Part shown: positions 7,933 to 17,414 of the stretch, piece after piece
Numbering within the stretch: position 1 is the first letter of the stretch
Layout: every line of letters begins with the position of its first letter
Assembly: GCA_042577865.1 (NCBI GenBank)
Contig: JBHPDN010000004.1
Location: forward strand, 1-52,922
Source: Nanobdellota archaeon
Lineage (GTDB): Archaea; Nanobdellota; Nanobdellia; Woesearchaeales; JAGLXL01
DNA length: 52,922 bases
Direction of reading: 5' to 3'
Notes under the pieces: generated by a model
The model's input: the letters and a program-made list of their open reading frames with translations, nothing else
The model's database searches: none
What the model was told of the DNA's origin: nothing
Program-made: the position numbers and the translations under genes

Positions 7933-10900
7933 ATGGGAAAAAGAGAGGTGATTTGGTTATTAGTAGGAATATTTTTCTTAGTTTTAGCTAGTTCTGTTTT
8001 GGCCCAACAAGGTTGTTTTACAGAACCAACTTATACTTCTATTTGCACTCAAGTTACTAGAACCAACGCAACAAGCTGGTGCTCTAATTTATGTACAAAT
8101 AACCAAACTTGTTTGAACGATTGTTTAACCAAGTATTTCTTTGAAAATCATGACTGTAGTATCGGCGTCTGTTCAGCTAATGCTGGTTGGTGTACTGATG
8201 TGCCAGCGTGTGCTCAGGTTAATCGTCCAGCTGAATGTGTCGACCGAACCAGTTTTACTAATTCAAGTGTGCCATGTCAGACTGGTTGTTGTATTTTAAC
8301 TTCAGGAACAACTAACCAGTGTGGTTCTCCGGCCTGGCCATTAATGACTTATCAAGAATGTGTCAATAAACAAAACCTTTATTCTGGTTATAGGATTAGT
8401 GTCTTTGATACTTCAGTCACAAGTTCTGCTGCTTGCGCCCAAGTTTGCGGCCAAACAATCGGAGCTCCAGGCAGAATCTCTGGTTATGTGGTCAATTCTT
8501 CTGGAAATGGAATTGGTGGAGCATCTATTGAAGCCTTTTCCATTAAGACGACTTCTTTAGCCAATGGAAGTTATACTTTGACAGCTTTGCCGATTGGTAC
8601 AGCAATTGTCACAGGAACAGCCAATGGATATGGCCAAAGTGTTTCAAGTGTGACAGTTTCTACAGGAGCAACAACTAATCATAATATTACTTTGCCAGCA
8701 GCGAGTTCAGGAAGAATTCATGGTTTTGTAACTTCAGGAGGAAGTCCTCTTGGCGGGGCTTTGGTTTCAGTAAGTGGCGCTGATTATTCTCAAATTTCAA
8801 CTCAAGGTGATGGAAGTTATTCCTTAGATGCTTTGAATTTAGGAAGCTATACGGCCACAGCTTCAGCCAGTGGTTATGGGAGCAGTTCTCAGCAAGTAAG
8901 TTTGACAGATGATGCTATTGAGATTAATTTTAGTTTAAGTTTAAGCCAGCAAGCAACAATCACTGGTTTAATTTTGGATCAGTACAATAGAGCGGTGCCT
9001 TTGGCGACAGTTCGAATTACCGGACCATCGAATTATACTGCTTATACAAATCAAAATGGAGTTTATACCAAAATAGTTTTTGCTAATGATACTTCAACAT
9101 CATATTCTGTTTCTGCCACAAAGGGTGGTTATAACCAAAGTTCAATCCAGACAGTTTCTTTAATTAAAAATGATGTGAAAACGGTCAATCTTAACATGAC
9201 TAAACTGGCATTGGGAGCTTGTGCTGATCCCAATACTTTGCCAGTATCAAATTTCAATGTTAATCATTTACCTGGAGAAAAAGCCCTACAATTGACTTGG
9301 GCAAGCCCATGTCCTGAAGTGACTGGGTATTATATTAACAGAACCAGCGGTGGACAAGAAGTGGCTTTGGCTTATATTCCAGCGACTCAAGCTTTACAAT
9401 TCAAAGATACTGGTGTCAGCTGGAACACCACTTATACATACAAAATCCGGGCTTTTTTTGATGCAGCACCAAGATTCTCTAATACAACTAATACTAATTC
9501 AATCACAACCGGCGATGCTGCCTGTGAAGGTCCATTGAGATATAACAACGGCCAGTATCTTCAGTTTTGCCAAGGGCCATTTAACAGAAGAATTTGTAAT
9601 GCTAATAACAAAGTTGTTGAACCAACAGATGGGACAATAACCAATCCTGTCAACTGTACAGCTTTAGGTAATTTCCGTTTCTGTAGAGGTCCTGATAGTT
9701 TAGGCAAGACTTCCTGCAGTGATGCAACTCATTGTTTAACTAGTCCTGGTCCAGGAGGAGTTTGGGTAACCAGGAACAGTTGTTATGGAAGTAGTAGTGT
9801 GCCTTATCCAAATTACTGTTATTTTGAACCAAGTACGCCTTTTAACTTTTGTTATTCCTGCTCTGCTTTGCCAACTAAGTCTTGTTATGATTATGCTTCC
9901 AGCGATGCCTGCGGAACTAATAACTGTCTACCAGGCAAGAGCTGTACTTGGTGGGTCTCTCCATCAAATGTGGGTTATTGTTATGAGCCTGGTTATGCTG
10001 GAACTGATCAGTGCAGCAGGTGTCAAGTTGGTTGTACGCAAGATGTTTGTGATAAGTTAGGAGACTGTTATGCTAACAGTGCCAATACAGCCTGTTTACG
10101 GTGCAGTCTACCACCTCAGCCATGTGGTTCTTATACCACACCTCAAGAATGTGATGGCGGGCAAGCACCTACTTTTGTCAATGATGTTTTAGTTGCTTCC
10201 CAAGATAGGTGTGGTTATGAAAGGTGTCTTTATCAAAGTGGTTCCTGCGGCAAAGATGGAGATGGAGATGGCAACTTTGAATGCTTAGATCCAAATAAAG
10301 TTTCACCAGCAGAACAAAGTACATGTCAAAGAGACCGGACTCCACCTGTAACTAAGATTCTGCCTTTTGGTTTTATTTCTGTTAATAATGCGACAGGCAA
10401 TATTACTTTCCAAGGAAATGATTCATTTGGTATGCAGAAAGTTGTTTATTGTATTGATAAAACCAACACTTGTTCACCAAGTGCTTCTTTAAATTATCCT
10501 TCTGGTACTGGGGTGAAAACAGTTCAACTTAATTTGGCGACTGATAATCAATTAAGACAAGCACACAGTCAGCACGGTCCAGGAACTTATTATTTGAGAT
10601 TTTATTCCCTTGATAAATATTACAACAGAGAAAATGTTCAAAGCAGAACTCTTAATGTTGATTTGGATGCACCAGTCTTTACTTTGAAAAGCTGTAATGT
10701 TTTAACTAATGCAACTTCTGGTTCAACGATACGCTGCCAGATAGCCACTTCTGAAATGGTGACTTGCAGTGACAGATTAGATACTTATAATGTGGTTTCT
10801 GGATTTACTCCATATGGAGCTTTCCCAAACCAGAGAACTAATTCAGAAATTATTGATTATACTGGCCTGCCAGACGCTCTTTACAAATATGAAATCAATT

Positions 10901-13900
10901 GTACTGATGATTATGGCAATTTAGTAACTTGGGGGCCGCCAGGTATTACAGTCCAAGCTCAAGCAGGAGTCAATAGAGTTTTCCCTCCTAGAGCTTTGAA
11001 TGCCAGCTCATTTAGATTCCAAGTTTATACTCCTCAGATAGCCAGCTGTAGATTAATGAATGGAACAACAGTGATTGAAAGTTTCAGCCCGTCTGCTGGA
11101 AACAATCATACTTCCTCGCAACATACCTTCACTCCTAACTTTTATTATCCAAATTATTGGGCTGATTGCGGCAGTGTGGGGTCTGTTTCATTAGACTTTT
11201 CTGTTGACAGACTTGGTCCGGTGACCAGAGCAAGATTAGTTTCCGGTGGAACACAAGCAATTAAATCAGGAAGCGGTTGGGTGGCAACCTTAACTAATAC
11301 CACTGCTGTAGATTTTGTCTGTACTGACCAACCAACCACTATTTCTGGAGGGTCAGCTGGTTTTGGATGCAATACAACAAAATGGTGTTTAACTAATGGT
11401 AGCAGTTGTACACCTAACAGAATTGATGCAGTGCCATCTGTAACAGCTGATGTAACTCTCTGTTATTACTCTAATGACTCAGGTGGTTATCAGGAAACAT
11501 CAACTAACTGCGGCCAGATACAAATCAGACCAAGTTTTGGCATCAATATAGTCAGTCCAAGTCATGGAGTGAGCAACCAACCAGAATTTGATTTAGAAAT
11601 TAATATTCCAACAGTGGCCACTGATACTTGTAAATGGCAGCCTAATGTCCAGAGTTGGATATTTAATCAGATTACAAATCCCAAATATATATTTACTCCG
11701 GTAACCGGTTCATCATCTAATTACAAGATTGTCAATTTTTCAAGCCAAGTAACTGGCTTCCCTAACAGTTTCAGCAGAGTTCCTGTTTATATTGCCTGTA
11801 ATTCAACAACAGGAATGGTTTCACCAATCGAAAGATTTGAAATTGTTTATGACCCAACCCCTCCAGTGATTACGAGTGCTAGTTTCAACCCAAATCCAAT
11901 TGTCCAAGGCTCTTCAACAACTTTATCTGTGGTGACTGATGATAATACTGTCTGTAAGATTGGCAAAGGAATACCAAGCATCCAGTTTGATGATTATGAC
12001 AGAAACGATTTCAAGACAACTCATACTCATACAATTTACATTTCAGCGCCAGGAGATGATAATAAGACTCATTATTGGAATGTCAGCTGTGAAAATGAAG
12101 CCGGCAACTTTTCATCAATTACCACAGCAGCTTTTGCAGTCGACTTAAGTGCTATGGGGGTGATTGTGTCAACTTCACCAAGCGGAGCTTCCAAAAATAC
12201 TAATATTAATTTGAATGTGATCACCAATAAAGCAGCCACTTGCAGTTACAAACCAAGCAACGCTTATATCCCAATGGCTAATGTAGGAGGGGTGAATCAT
12301 TCCAAGTCTCTGGCCTCTAATTTGAGCCAGGGTCGTTACAGTTATCCGGTTCGCTGTCAATTTGCCCAGCATTATGTTGACAGCTCCATCAACTTTGCTA
12401 TAGACTTAAGTGCACCAAAGATGATTGAAGTTGATGATGGAAATTATTCCTGCGGCTTGGACGAGATTAATCCTAATTTTGAAGCAGAAGATAATATTTC
12501 TTCTGTCGTTGGTTATAATTATCAAATCCTTGAATTAAGCGGCACGACTGTTCTTTACTCTGACAATGTTTCAAGGGCCAATCCAAGAATAGATGATTTG
12601 AATTTAACCCTAAATAAAAATTATTTCCTTAAAGTAAAAGCTAAAGATGAAGTGGGTAACTGGGGTACAGCCAAATCAAGCAATGGGTTCAAGGCTACAG
12701 CTGCCAATTACAGTGGCTGCCGGGAACAAAGAGCTCCAATCATTTCCCTGGTACAAAATGCAACAGCTACAGGTATTAAAGTAACAGTGAAGTGTAATGA
12801 TGATACTGGTTGTATTGGTTTAAGCTATGGTACTTCTGCCTCTTCAATCTGTAATGCTTCTACCAGTTATGTTGGTCCTGTGTTGGTAACGGAAACATCT
12901 TATTTCTGCGCAGAAGCCCGAGATGTTTCAAATAACAAAGGAACCAAACAAGTTCAGGTAATCATTAGTGATACTGATACTGATGGTATTTTAAATCAGT
13001 TTGATCAATGTCCGGGCACTTCTTTAGGTAAGGTGGTGGATGAAAACGGATGTTCAGCATCCCAATTAAATACTGACAGTGATGAAGACGGACTGCCTGA
13101 TGACTGGGAAATTCAATACTCTGCTGAAGATTGTTCTTTTGATCCTCAACAGAATGATACAGATGATGATGGTATCTTGGATGGAGACGAAGATTATGAT
13201 GGTGATGGTTTGTCTAACTATCGTGAGTACCAACAAAATGGAGACCCTTGTTTAGTTAAAGACAGAGATGGAATTCTTGACAGTTGGAGACTGCAGTACT
13301 TTGGCTGCATAGACTGCGCCAATGCAGAAGCAAGCGCTGATCCTGACAATGATGGATTGACTAATCTGCAAGAGTATAATTTAAAGGACACTTATGGATC
13401 AAGTACTCACCCTAATAATCCAGATACTGATGGTGATGGTTATCAAGATAAGGAAGAGGTAGATAATGATTGGGATCCAACTAAATTTAGTATTCCGGGA
13501 GAAGGCACTCCCATCCTGGCTTGGATCTTTTTGATTTTAGGAATATTGATGGTATTGGGTGGTGTGGGTTATGTTTTGATATTGAAAAAAGGAAAGACAC
13601 CTAAACCTCGACCAGTCTATCCAATCAGAGTGGCACCAAGACCAAGACCAGTACCAAGACCTAGGGTTGTGAGGCAGCCAGCGGTTCCTCCAGAAAGAGT
13701 TAAGATTCAAGAGTTGGTGGCCAAAAGAAAAGCAGAACGGGAAAAAGAAAAAAGAACTAAGAGAAGAGAGGCCTTTGAGCCGTTTGTTTCTGGCGACCGT
13801 AAATTGCCCAAAGTCAAAAAGATTATCCAACAAAAAGAAAAACCTGTTTTTGAAAAATTAACAGCAGTGGCCAAACATTATGACGACAAACGTAAGGAAG

Positions 13901-14100
13901 TTTCACCTAAGCTGGCAGCAGGCGAGAAGAAAGTATTTGAGGAATTAACTAAGTTGGTTGGGAATAAAAAGAAAGAAGATGTCAAAAAAGTTTTAGGCAA
14001 GAAAAAGGGAGAGGATATTTTCAATAGATTAGTCAATATTGTGGGCAAAAGAGAAGGAAAAGATGCCTTAAAAGAGTTGAAAAAATATGCTAAAAAATAA
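7933..14100 (+). CDS. Giant multidomain surface protein (about 2055 aa) with a C-terminal TM anchor and a repeat-bearing cytoplasmic tail
   Basis: The ORF is 7906..14100. ATG 7933 is preferred (MGKREVIWLLVGIFFLVLASSVLA|QQG) because the TATA at 7892-7900 ends 6 nt before ATG 7906. By eye it reads as a Cys-rich N-module, 3 carboxypeptidase-regulatory-like repeats and an FN3-like segment (LQLTWASP...YTYKIRA). These are followed by a second Cys-rich module, several Ig-like modules, TSP3-like Ca-binding repeats, a TM at 13513-13584 and a basic tail. I count roughly 40 N-x-S/T sequons by eye. Confidence 0.9.
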   Translation: MGKREVIWLLVGIFFLVLASSVLAQQGCFTEPTYTSICTQVTRTNATSWCSNLCTNNQTCLNDCLTKYFFENHDCSIGVCSANAGWCTDVPACAQVNRPAECVDRTSFTNSSVPCQTGCCILTSGTTNQCGSPAWPLMTYQECVNKQNLYSGYRISVFDTSVTSSAACAQVCGQTIGAPGRISGYVVNSSGNGIGGASIEAFSIKTTSLANGSYTLTALPIGTAIVTGTANGYGQSVSSVTVSTGATTNHNITLPAASSGRIHGFVTSGGSPLGGALVSVSGADYSQISTQGDGSYSLDALNLGSYTATASASGYGSSSQQVSLTDDAIEINFSLSLSQQATITGLILDQYNRAVPLATVRITGPSNYTAYTNQNGVYTKIVFANDTSTSYSVSATKGGYNQSSIQTVSLIKNDVKTVNLNMTKLALGACADPNTLPVSNFNVNHLPGEKALQLTWASPCPEVTGYYINRTSGGQEVALAYIPATQALQFKDTGVSWNTTYTYKIRAFFDAAPRFSNTTNTNSITTGDAACEGPLRYNNGQYLQFCQGPFNRRICNANNKVVEPTDGTITNPVNCTALGNFRFCRGPDSLGKTSCSDATHCLTSPGPGGVWVTRNSCYGSSSVPYPNYCYFEPSTPFNFCYSCSALPTKSCYDYASSDACGTNNCLPGKSCTWWVSPSNVGYCYEPGYAGTDQCSRCQVGCTQDVCDKLGDCYANSANTACLRCSLPPQPCGSYTTPQECDGGQAPTFVNDVLVASQDRCGYERCLYQSGSCGKDGDGDGNFECLDPNKVSPAEQSTCQRDRTPPVTKILPFGFISVNNATGNITFQGNDSFGMQKVVYCIDKTNTCSPSASLNYPSGTGVKTVQLNLATDNQLRQAHSQHGPGTYYLRFYSLDKYYNRENVQSRTLNVDLDAPVFTLKSCNVLTNATSGSTIRCQIATSEMVTCSDRLDTYNVVSGFTPYGAFPNQRTNSEIIDYTGLPDALYKYEINCTDDYGNLVTWGPPGITVQAQAGVNRVFPPRALNASSFRFQVYTPQIASCRLMNGTTVIESFSPSAGNNHTSSQHTFTPNFYYPNYWADCGSVGSVSLDFSVDRLGPVTRARLVSGGTQAIKSGSGWVATLTNTTAVDFVCTDQPTTISGGSAGFGCNTTKWCLTNGSSCTPNRIDAVPSVTADVTLCYYSNDSGGYQETSTNCGQIQIRPSFGINIVSPSHGVSNQPEFDLEINIPTVATDTCKWQPNVQSWIFNQITNPKYIFTPVTGSSSNYKIVNFSSQVTGFPNSFSRVPVYIACNSTTGMVSPIERFEIVYDPTPPVITSASFNPNPIVQGSSTTLSVVTDDNTVCKIGKGIPSIQFDDYDRNDFKTTHTHTIYISAPGDDNKTHYWNVSCENEAGNFSSITTAAFAVDLSAMGVIVSTSPSGASKNTNINLNVITNKAATCSYKPSNAYIPMANVGGVNHSKSLASNLSQGRYSYPVRCQFAQHYVDSSINFAIDLSAPKMIEVDDGNYSCGLDEINPNFEAEDNISSVVGYNYQILELSGTTVLYSDNVSRANPRIDDLNLTLNKNYFLKVKAKDEVGNWGTAKSSNGFKATAANYSGCREQRAPIISLVQNATATGIKVTVKCNDDTGCIGLSYGTSASSICNASTSYVGPVLVTETSYFCAEARDVSNNKGTKQVQVIISDTDTDGILNQFDQCPGTSLGKVVDENGCSASQLNTDSDEDGLPDDWEIQYSAEDCSFDPQQNDTDDDGILDGDEDYDGDGLSNYREYQQNGDPCLVKDRDGILDSWRLQYFGCIDCANAEASADPDNDGLTNLQEYNLKDTYGSSTHPNNPDTDGDGYQDKEEVDNDWDPTKFSIPGEGTPILAWIFLILGILMVLGGVGYVLILKKGKTPKPRPVYPIRVAPRPRPVPRPRVVRQPAVPPERVKIQELVAKRKAEREKEKRTKRREAFEPFVSGDRKLPKVKKIIQQKEKPVFEKLTAVAKHYDDKRKEVSPKLAAGEKKVFEELTKLVGNKKKEDVKKVLGKKKGEDIFNRLVNIVGKREGKDALKELKKYAKK
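8470..9201 (+). repeat. Three tandem carboxypeptidase-regulatory-like (CarboxypepD_reg-type) beta-sandwich domains at protein level
   Basis: GRISGYVVNSSGNGIGGASIEA...NGSYTL..LPIGT..V..TANGYG, then GRIHGFVTSGGSPLGGALVSV...DGSYSLDALNLGSYTATASASGYG, then ATITGLILDQYNRAVPLATVRI...NGVYT...YSVSATKGGYN. Confidence 0.65.
12970..13480 (+). repeat. Thrombospondin type-3-like acidic Ca-binding repeats (D-x-D-x-D-G-x-x-D) at protein level
   Basis: DTDTDGILNQFDQCPG, DSDEDGLPDDWE, DTDDDGILDGDEDYDGDGLSNYREY, DPDNDGLTNLQEY, DTDGDGYQDKEE. Confidence 0.65.
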
Positions 14101-14659
14101 AAAAGCACAAACCATTGGCCAAGTGTTTATTTACATCATGGCAATAATTATTTTTGCCGCTATTCTTATCTTTGGCTATAAAGCGATTAGTGAATTTATT
14201 GACCGGGGCGAAAGTGTTGGTTTCATCACCTTTAAAACTGATTTAGAAAAATCAGTCAAAACAATATATTCTGATTATGGTTCGGTCACTATTTATAATG
14301 TTGAAAATCCTCTTCGAGTACCGGGTAAGTATGAGGAAATCTGTTTTGTTGATTTAAGCAAACCATTGCCTTCTTCTGGCAGTTTTTGTGCCAACCATCC
14401 TATTGCTTGTGATGCCTGGGGGACCGCTTATCAAGCAGGTATCAGCAGTGGAACTGACGGCTGGCAGGAAGGAGAACAAAATGTTTTCTTAAGACCTTTG
14501 GGAGAAATTGCCATTAAAGTGTATAAAATAACAGTTGATAGCAACAGCAATAATGTTGATGATGACAGTGACGGATATCTATGCTTTAATTTGACACAAG
14601 GAAGATTAAACATGCGTATAGAGGGCAAAGGTGACCATGCTTTTATCAGCGCCATCTAA
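14087..14659 (+). CDS. Prepilin-like protein (class III signal peptide), 190 aa
   Basis: MLKNKKA|QTIGQVFIYIMAIIIFAAILIFG. The start overlaps the giant gene stop by 14 nt. Confidence 0.7.
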   Translation: MLKNKKAQTIGQVFIYIMAIIIFAAILIFGYKAISEFIDRGESVGFITFKTDLEKSVKTIYSDYGSVTIYNVENPLRVPGKYEEICFVDLSKPLPSSGSFCANHPIACDAWGTAYQAGISSGTDGWQEGEQNVFLRPLGEIAIKVYKITVDSNSNNVDDDSDGYLCFNLTQGRLNMRIEGKGDHAFISAI

Positions 14660-14660
14660 A

Positions 14661-15734
14661 ATGCGAAAAAAGAAAGGTCAGATTTCAATAGGGTTCCACT
14701 GGATTTATATCTTGATAGCTGGAGCTATTATTTTAATTTTTTTTGTGGGGATTGCATTAAAACAAAAAGATGTTTCTGAACAAAGCATTTCGGCAACAGT
14801 GATACAAAGTTTAGAAAGTATTTTTACCGGAGCTGGTTTGGCGGAGCAGACGATAAATTATATTGAAATCCCGGAACTGGAAATTGCCTTTACCTGTGAT
14901 TTAGAAGGTTATTCTGATTACTCGGTGGGGTCGGTGAAAACAGAAACGCCCTTCCAACCAATTTTTGCTTTGGAAAGGGTCAAGGATAATGTGTTGGTGA
15001 CCTGGACCTTGGAATGGATGATGCCGTTTAAAGTAGACAATTATATGTTTGTGATGACTCCTGACATTAGATATTATTTAATTTATGACACCAGCAGCCG
15101 CCCTTTAGCTTCTGAGATTGAGGCAGCCTTGCCAACTGAGATTTCAGAAAACATTAATTTTGAATCTTTAGATATAAGTGAATATTTTGGGATTATTGAC
15201 AAGAATGATTACAAAGTCAGATTTGTTTTTTTGAGTGATACTGCTTTTGTTTCCAGTATTCCTCTGGAATTGCAGGGAATGGCTGACAGGGATGTGACGG
15301 CGATGGTATTAAGCGGAACTTTAAACGGGGGCACAATCAGTTTTTACAGAAAAGATGGCAGTGGTTGGATGCTGACTGGCAGTTCTCCTTTGATTGGCAG
15401 TTTTACAGATGACAATCCTAATTTTTACGGGGCGGTTTTTTCTGAAGGTAAGGAACAGTATGACTGCAACTTACGCAAGGCATTCAAGCGGCTGAAAATC
15501 AGCAGTGAGATCTATTTAGAAAGAGCTCTGCAATTAGAACCTGCTTCTATACCTGACTGCCATGGCATCTTTTTCCCTGATTATTTTACAAATTCCCAGA
15601 CAGGTTTGATTGCTCGAGCGGAACAATGTTCTGAGAAGATTGAGGTGCAGTGTGATTTGAAACCAAATGTGGGCGATCAAATTTTTGAAAATAACCGGCT
15701 GTTGGGGACAGCAGGATGTTTTGATATTTATTGA
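14661..15734 (+). CDS. Prepilin-like protein, 357 aa
   Basis: The ORF is 14631..15734. ATG 14661 is preferred because it lies 2 nt after the upstream stop and gives MRKKKG|QISIGFHWIYILIAGAIILIFFVG. Confidence 0.7.
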   Translation: MRKKKGQISIGFHWIYILIAGAIILIFFVGIALKQKDVSEQSISATVIQSLESIFTGAGLAEQTINYIEIPELEIAFTCDLEGYSDYSVGSVKTETPFQPIFALERVKDNVLVTWTLEWMMPFKVDNYMFVMTPDIRYYLIYDTSSRPLASEIEAALPTEISENINFESLDISEYFGIIDKNDYKVRFVFLSDTAFVSSIPLELQGMADRDVTAMVLSGTLNGGTISFYRKDGSGWMLTGSSPLIGSFTDDNPNFYGAVFSEGKEQYDCNLRKAFKRLKISSEIYLERALQLEPASIPDCHGIFFPDYFTNSQTGLIARAEQCSEKIEVQCDLKPNVGDQIFENNRLLGTAGCFDIY

Positions 15735-15736
15735 AA

Positions 15737-16216
15737 ATGAAATCAAAAAAAGGACAAATGCGGATGATGGAAACAATGGCCATATTATTTGTTTTTTTTG
15801 TTTTATTACTTTTTGGCATTATCTTTTATTATCAATTCCAAAAAAGCAGCATTGAAGATCAAAGGGCCCAAATTTTATCTGAAAAATCAATTGATATCTC
15901 TCTGCGAGCTTCGTTTTTGCCTGAGTTAATCTGTCCAGGTGTGCCAACTAAGAAAGATTGTATTGACATCACGAAAATGGAAATATTTTCCGAGAAAGCT
16001 CAGGAAGAGTATTTGGACTATTATTATGATATTTTGCAGTCAGCAAGGATCACAGTTGAAGAACTGTATCCTCCATCATCAAGAAGCTGGGTTTTGTATG
16101 ACCAGCAGAAACCAAATGCCACTCGCAGCATTAATACGCCAGTGCCGGTGTCATTATTTGATCCAGAGACTGAAGAACATTCGTTCGGAGTTTTGAAAAT
16201 TGAAGTTTACTCGTAA
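15737..16216 (+). CDS. Prepilin-like protein, 159 aa
   Basis: ATG 15737 gives MKSKKG|QMRMMETMAILFVFFVLLLFGIIFY. The first 18 nt are identical to the starts of the genes at 26979 and 27584. Confidence 0.7.
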   Translation: MKSKKGQMRMMETMAILFVFFVLLLFGIIFYYQFQKSSIEDQRAQILSEKSIDISLRASFLPELICPGVPTKKDCIDITKMEIFSEKAQEEYLDYYYDILQSARITVEELYPPSSRSWVLYDQQKPNATRSINTPVPVSLFDPETEEHSFGVLKIEVYS

Positions 16217-16679
16217 AGGCCAGATGGAAATCATTGGACTAGTAATCATTGTTATTTTAATAGCAGTGGCCATGATCTTTTTTATTCAATTCAGTTTAAC
16301 TAAAGAACCTTCGCAATCAAGGGAGACATTTACACGGAAGTTAATGGCTCGGAGTACTAACAATGCTATTTTTGAATCCATGACGACTTGCGGGGTGGCT
16401 TTCAGTGAATTGTATAAGGATTGTGCATCTGGCGGTGGTTTAGGTTATAATTGCGGCATGGACAACACTTGTGTTTATGTTGAAAAAGAAGTTGCAAGTA
16501 TTTTGAATCAAACTTTGGCTCAATGGAATAACGACTATCAGTTTAAAATTTATGTTGGCGACCAGACAAAAGTTAATATAGTCCAAGGGGATTGTTTAAA
16601 TAGCAAGGATGAAGGGACAAATTATGTTCGTTCACAAGGAAGTTTAGTTTATATTAATTTGAAGGTATGCAAAAAATGA
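16200..16679 (+). CDS. Prepilin-like protein, 159 aa, probable TTG start
   Basis: The TTG at 16200 gives M-KFTRKG|QMEIIGLVIIVILIAVAMIFFIQF. The first ATG (16224) would delete the RKGQ junction. The gene overlaps the upstream gene by 17 nt. Confidence 0.6.
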   Translation: MKFTRKGQMEIIGLVIIVILIAVAMIFFIQFSLTKEPSQSRETFTRKLMARSTNNAIFESMTTCGVAFSELYKDCASGGGLGYNCGMDNTCVYVEKEVASILNQTLAQWNNDYQFKIYVGDQTKVNIVQGDCLNSKDEGTNYVRSQGSLVYINLKVCKK

Positions 16680-16801
16680 ATAAAAAAGGTGATGCTTGGA
16701 TCTTGAATATCGGTTGGTTAAAATTATTGATTTTTGCTATTTTTTTGGCCATCTTGATTTTTGTTGTTTTTTTTGTGGTGTTGCCTAAATTCACAGGTTA
16801 A
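16676..16801 (+). CDS. Mini prepilin-like ORF (41 aa), not in the ORF track
   Basis: Hand translation: MNKKG|DAWILNIGWLKLLIFAIFLAILIFVVFFVVLPKFTG*. ATGA overlap with the upstream stop (16676-16679). The next gene starts 5 nt after its stop. Confidence 0.5.
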   Translation: MNKKGDAWILNIGWLKLLIFAIFLAILIFVVFFVVLPKFTG

Positions 16802-16805
16802 TCAA

Positions 16806-17414
16806 ATGAAAAAAGGAGGGATAAGAACATTTTTGGTGGGAGTAATCATTGTTGCTATTGTGGGAGTGGTTTTAGCCATCTTTTTAGTAAATCTTAGATC
16901 TACCTTTGGAGAAAGCCAGTGGCTGGCCAGCTGTGAAGTGAGTGTCAGGGCTTACAGACAGGTTGGTCCGATGGCTAAAATTTATTGTCCAGTTTTGAGT
17001 TGGGAAGTTAAAGAAGATTTGAATTCTAATGAAGCTAAAGAAGAAGTACTGGAAAAAATGAAAACATGTTATGATTTGTATGTTGAAGAAGAAGCTCTTT
17101 TCGAAGAAGGTTTAAGCTGTGCTCCTTGTTACAATCTGACTTTTAGTGGAAAAGGTGAGATGAATAATCTAAAAGAATTTATCACAAATAGTACCGACAG
17201 TGAAATTTTGGGTTTGAAGCGTTCTGGATTTGGAGAAAATGTTGTTAAATTATCAAGTTTGGACCAGATAGAAAAAAATATTAAAACAGGTAAACAATAT
17301 TATGTAATATATGCCGAAGCTGATGATACTTTAGGAGCAGCTTGGGGGGTTTTTTTGATGGAAAAGGAGAAAGCTAGGAATCTATGCTTTTTTCCAGTGG
17401 AGGGTGCTCAATGA
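16806..17414 (+). CDS. Prepilin-like protein, 202 aa; paralogue of 17544..18398
   Basis: ATG 16806 gives MKKG|GIRTFLVGVIIVAIVGVVLAIFLV. It shares the Cys pattern SC...CP...C...C-x2-C-x3-TF with the 17544 product. Confidence 0.65.
   Translation: MKKGGIRTFLVGVIIVAIVGVVLAIFLVNLRSTFGESQWLASCEVSVRAYRQVGPMAKIYCPVLSWEVKEDLNSNEAKEEVLEKMKTCYDLYVEEEALFEEGLSCAPCYNLTFSGKGEMNNLKEFITNSTDSEILGLKRSGFGENVVKLSSLDQIEKNIKTGKQYYVIYAEADDTLGAAWGVFLMEKEKARNLCFFPVEGAQ

Noticed and set aside
13492-13600. PGF-CTERM/archaeosortase-like sorting signal (PGEG + TM + KKGK) in the giant protein
   Set aside because: The motif resembles a tripartite sorting signal, but it is followed by roughly 170 more residues instead of lying at the extreme C-terminus. 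I treat it as an ordinary TM anchor.
8360-14108. Alternative-frame and antisense ORFs within the giant gene (8360..8560, 9350..9538, 9785..10060, 11154..11372, 11939..12148, 12175..12372, 13537..13833, 13878..14108)
   Set aside because: They are nested in a 6.2-kb continuous ORF with clear domain structure and have no independent start signals.
14431-16196. Overlapping ORFs 14431..14655(-), 15534..15776(-), 15586..15819(-), 15667..15855(+) and 15939..16196(+)
   Set aside because: They conflict with the tightly coupled prepilin-like gene chain, whose members each have a recognisable N-terminal signature. These alternatives have none.
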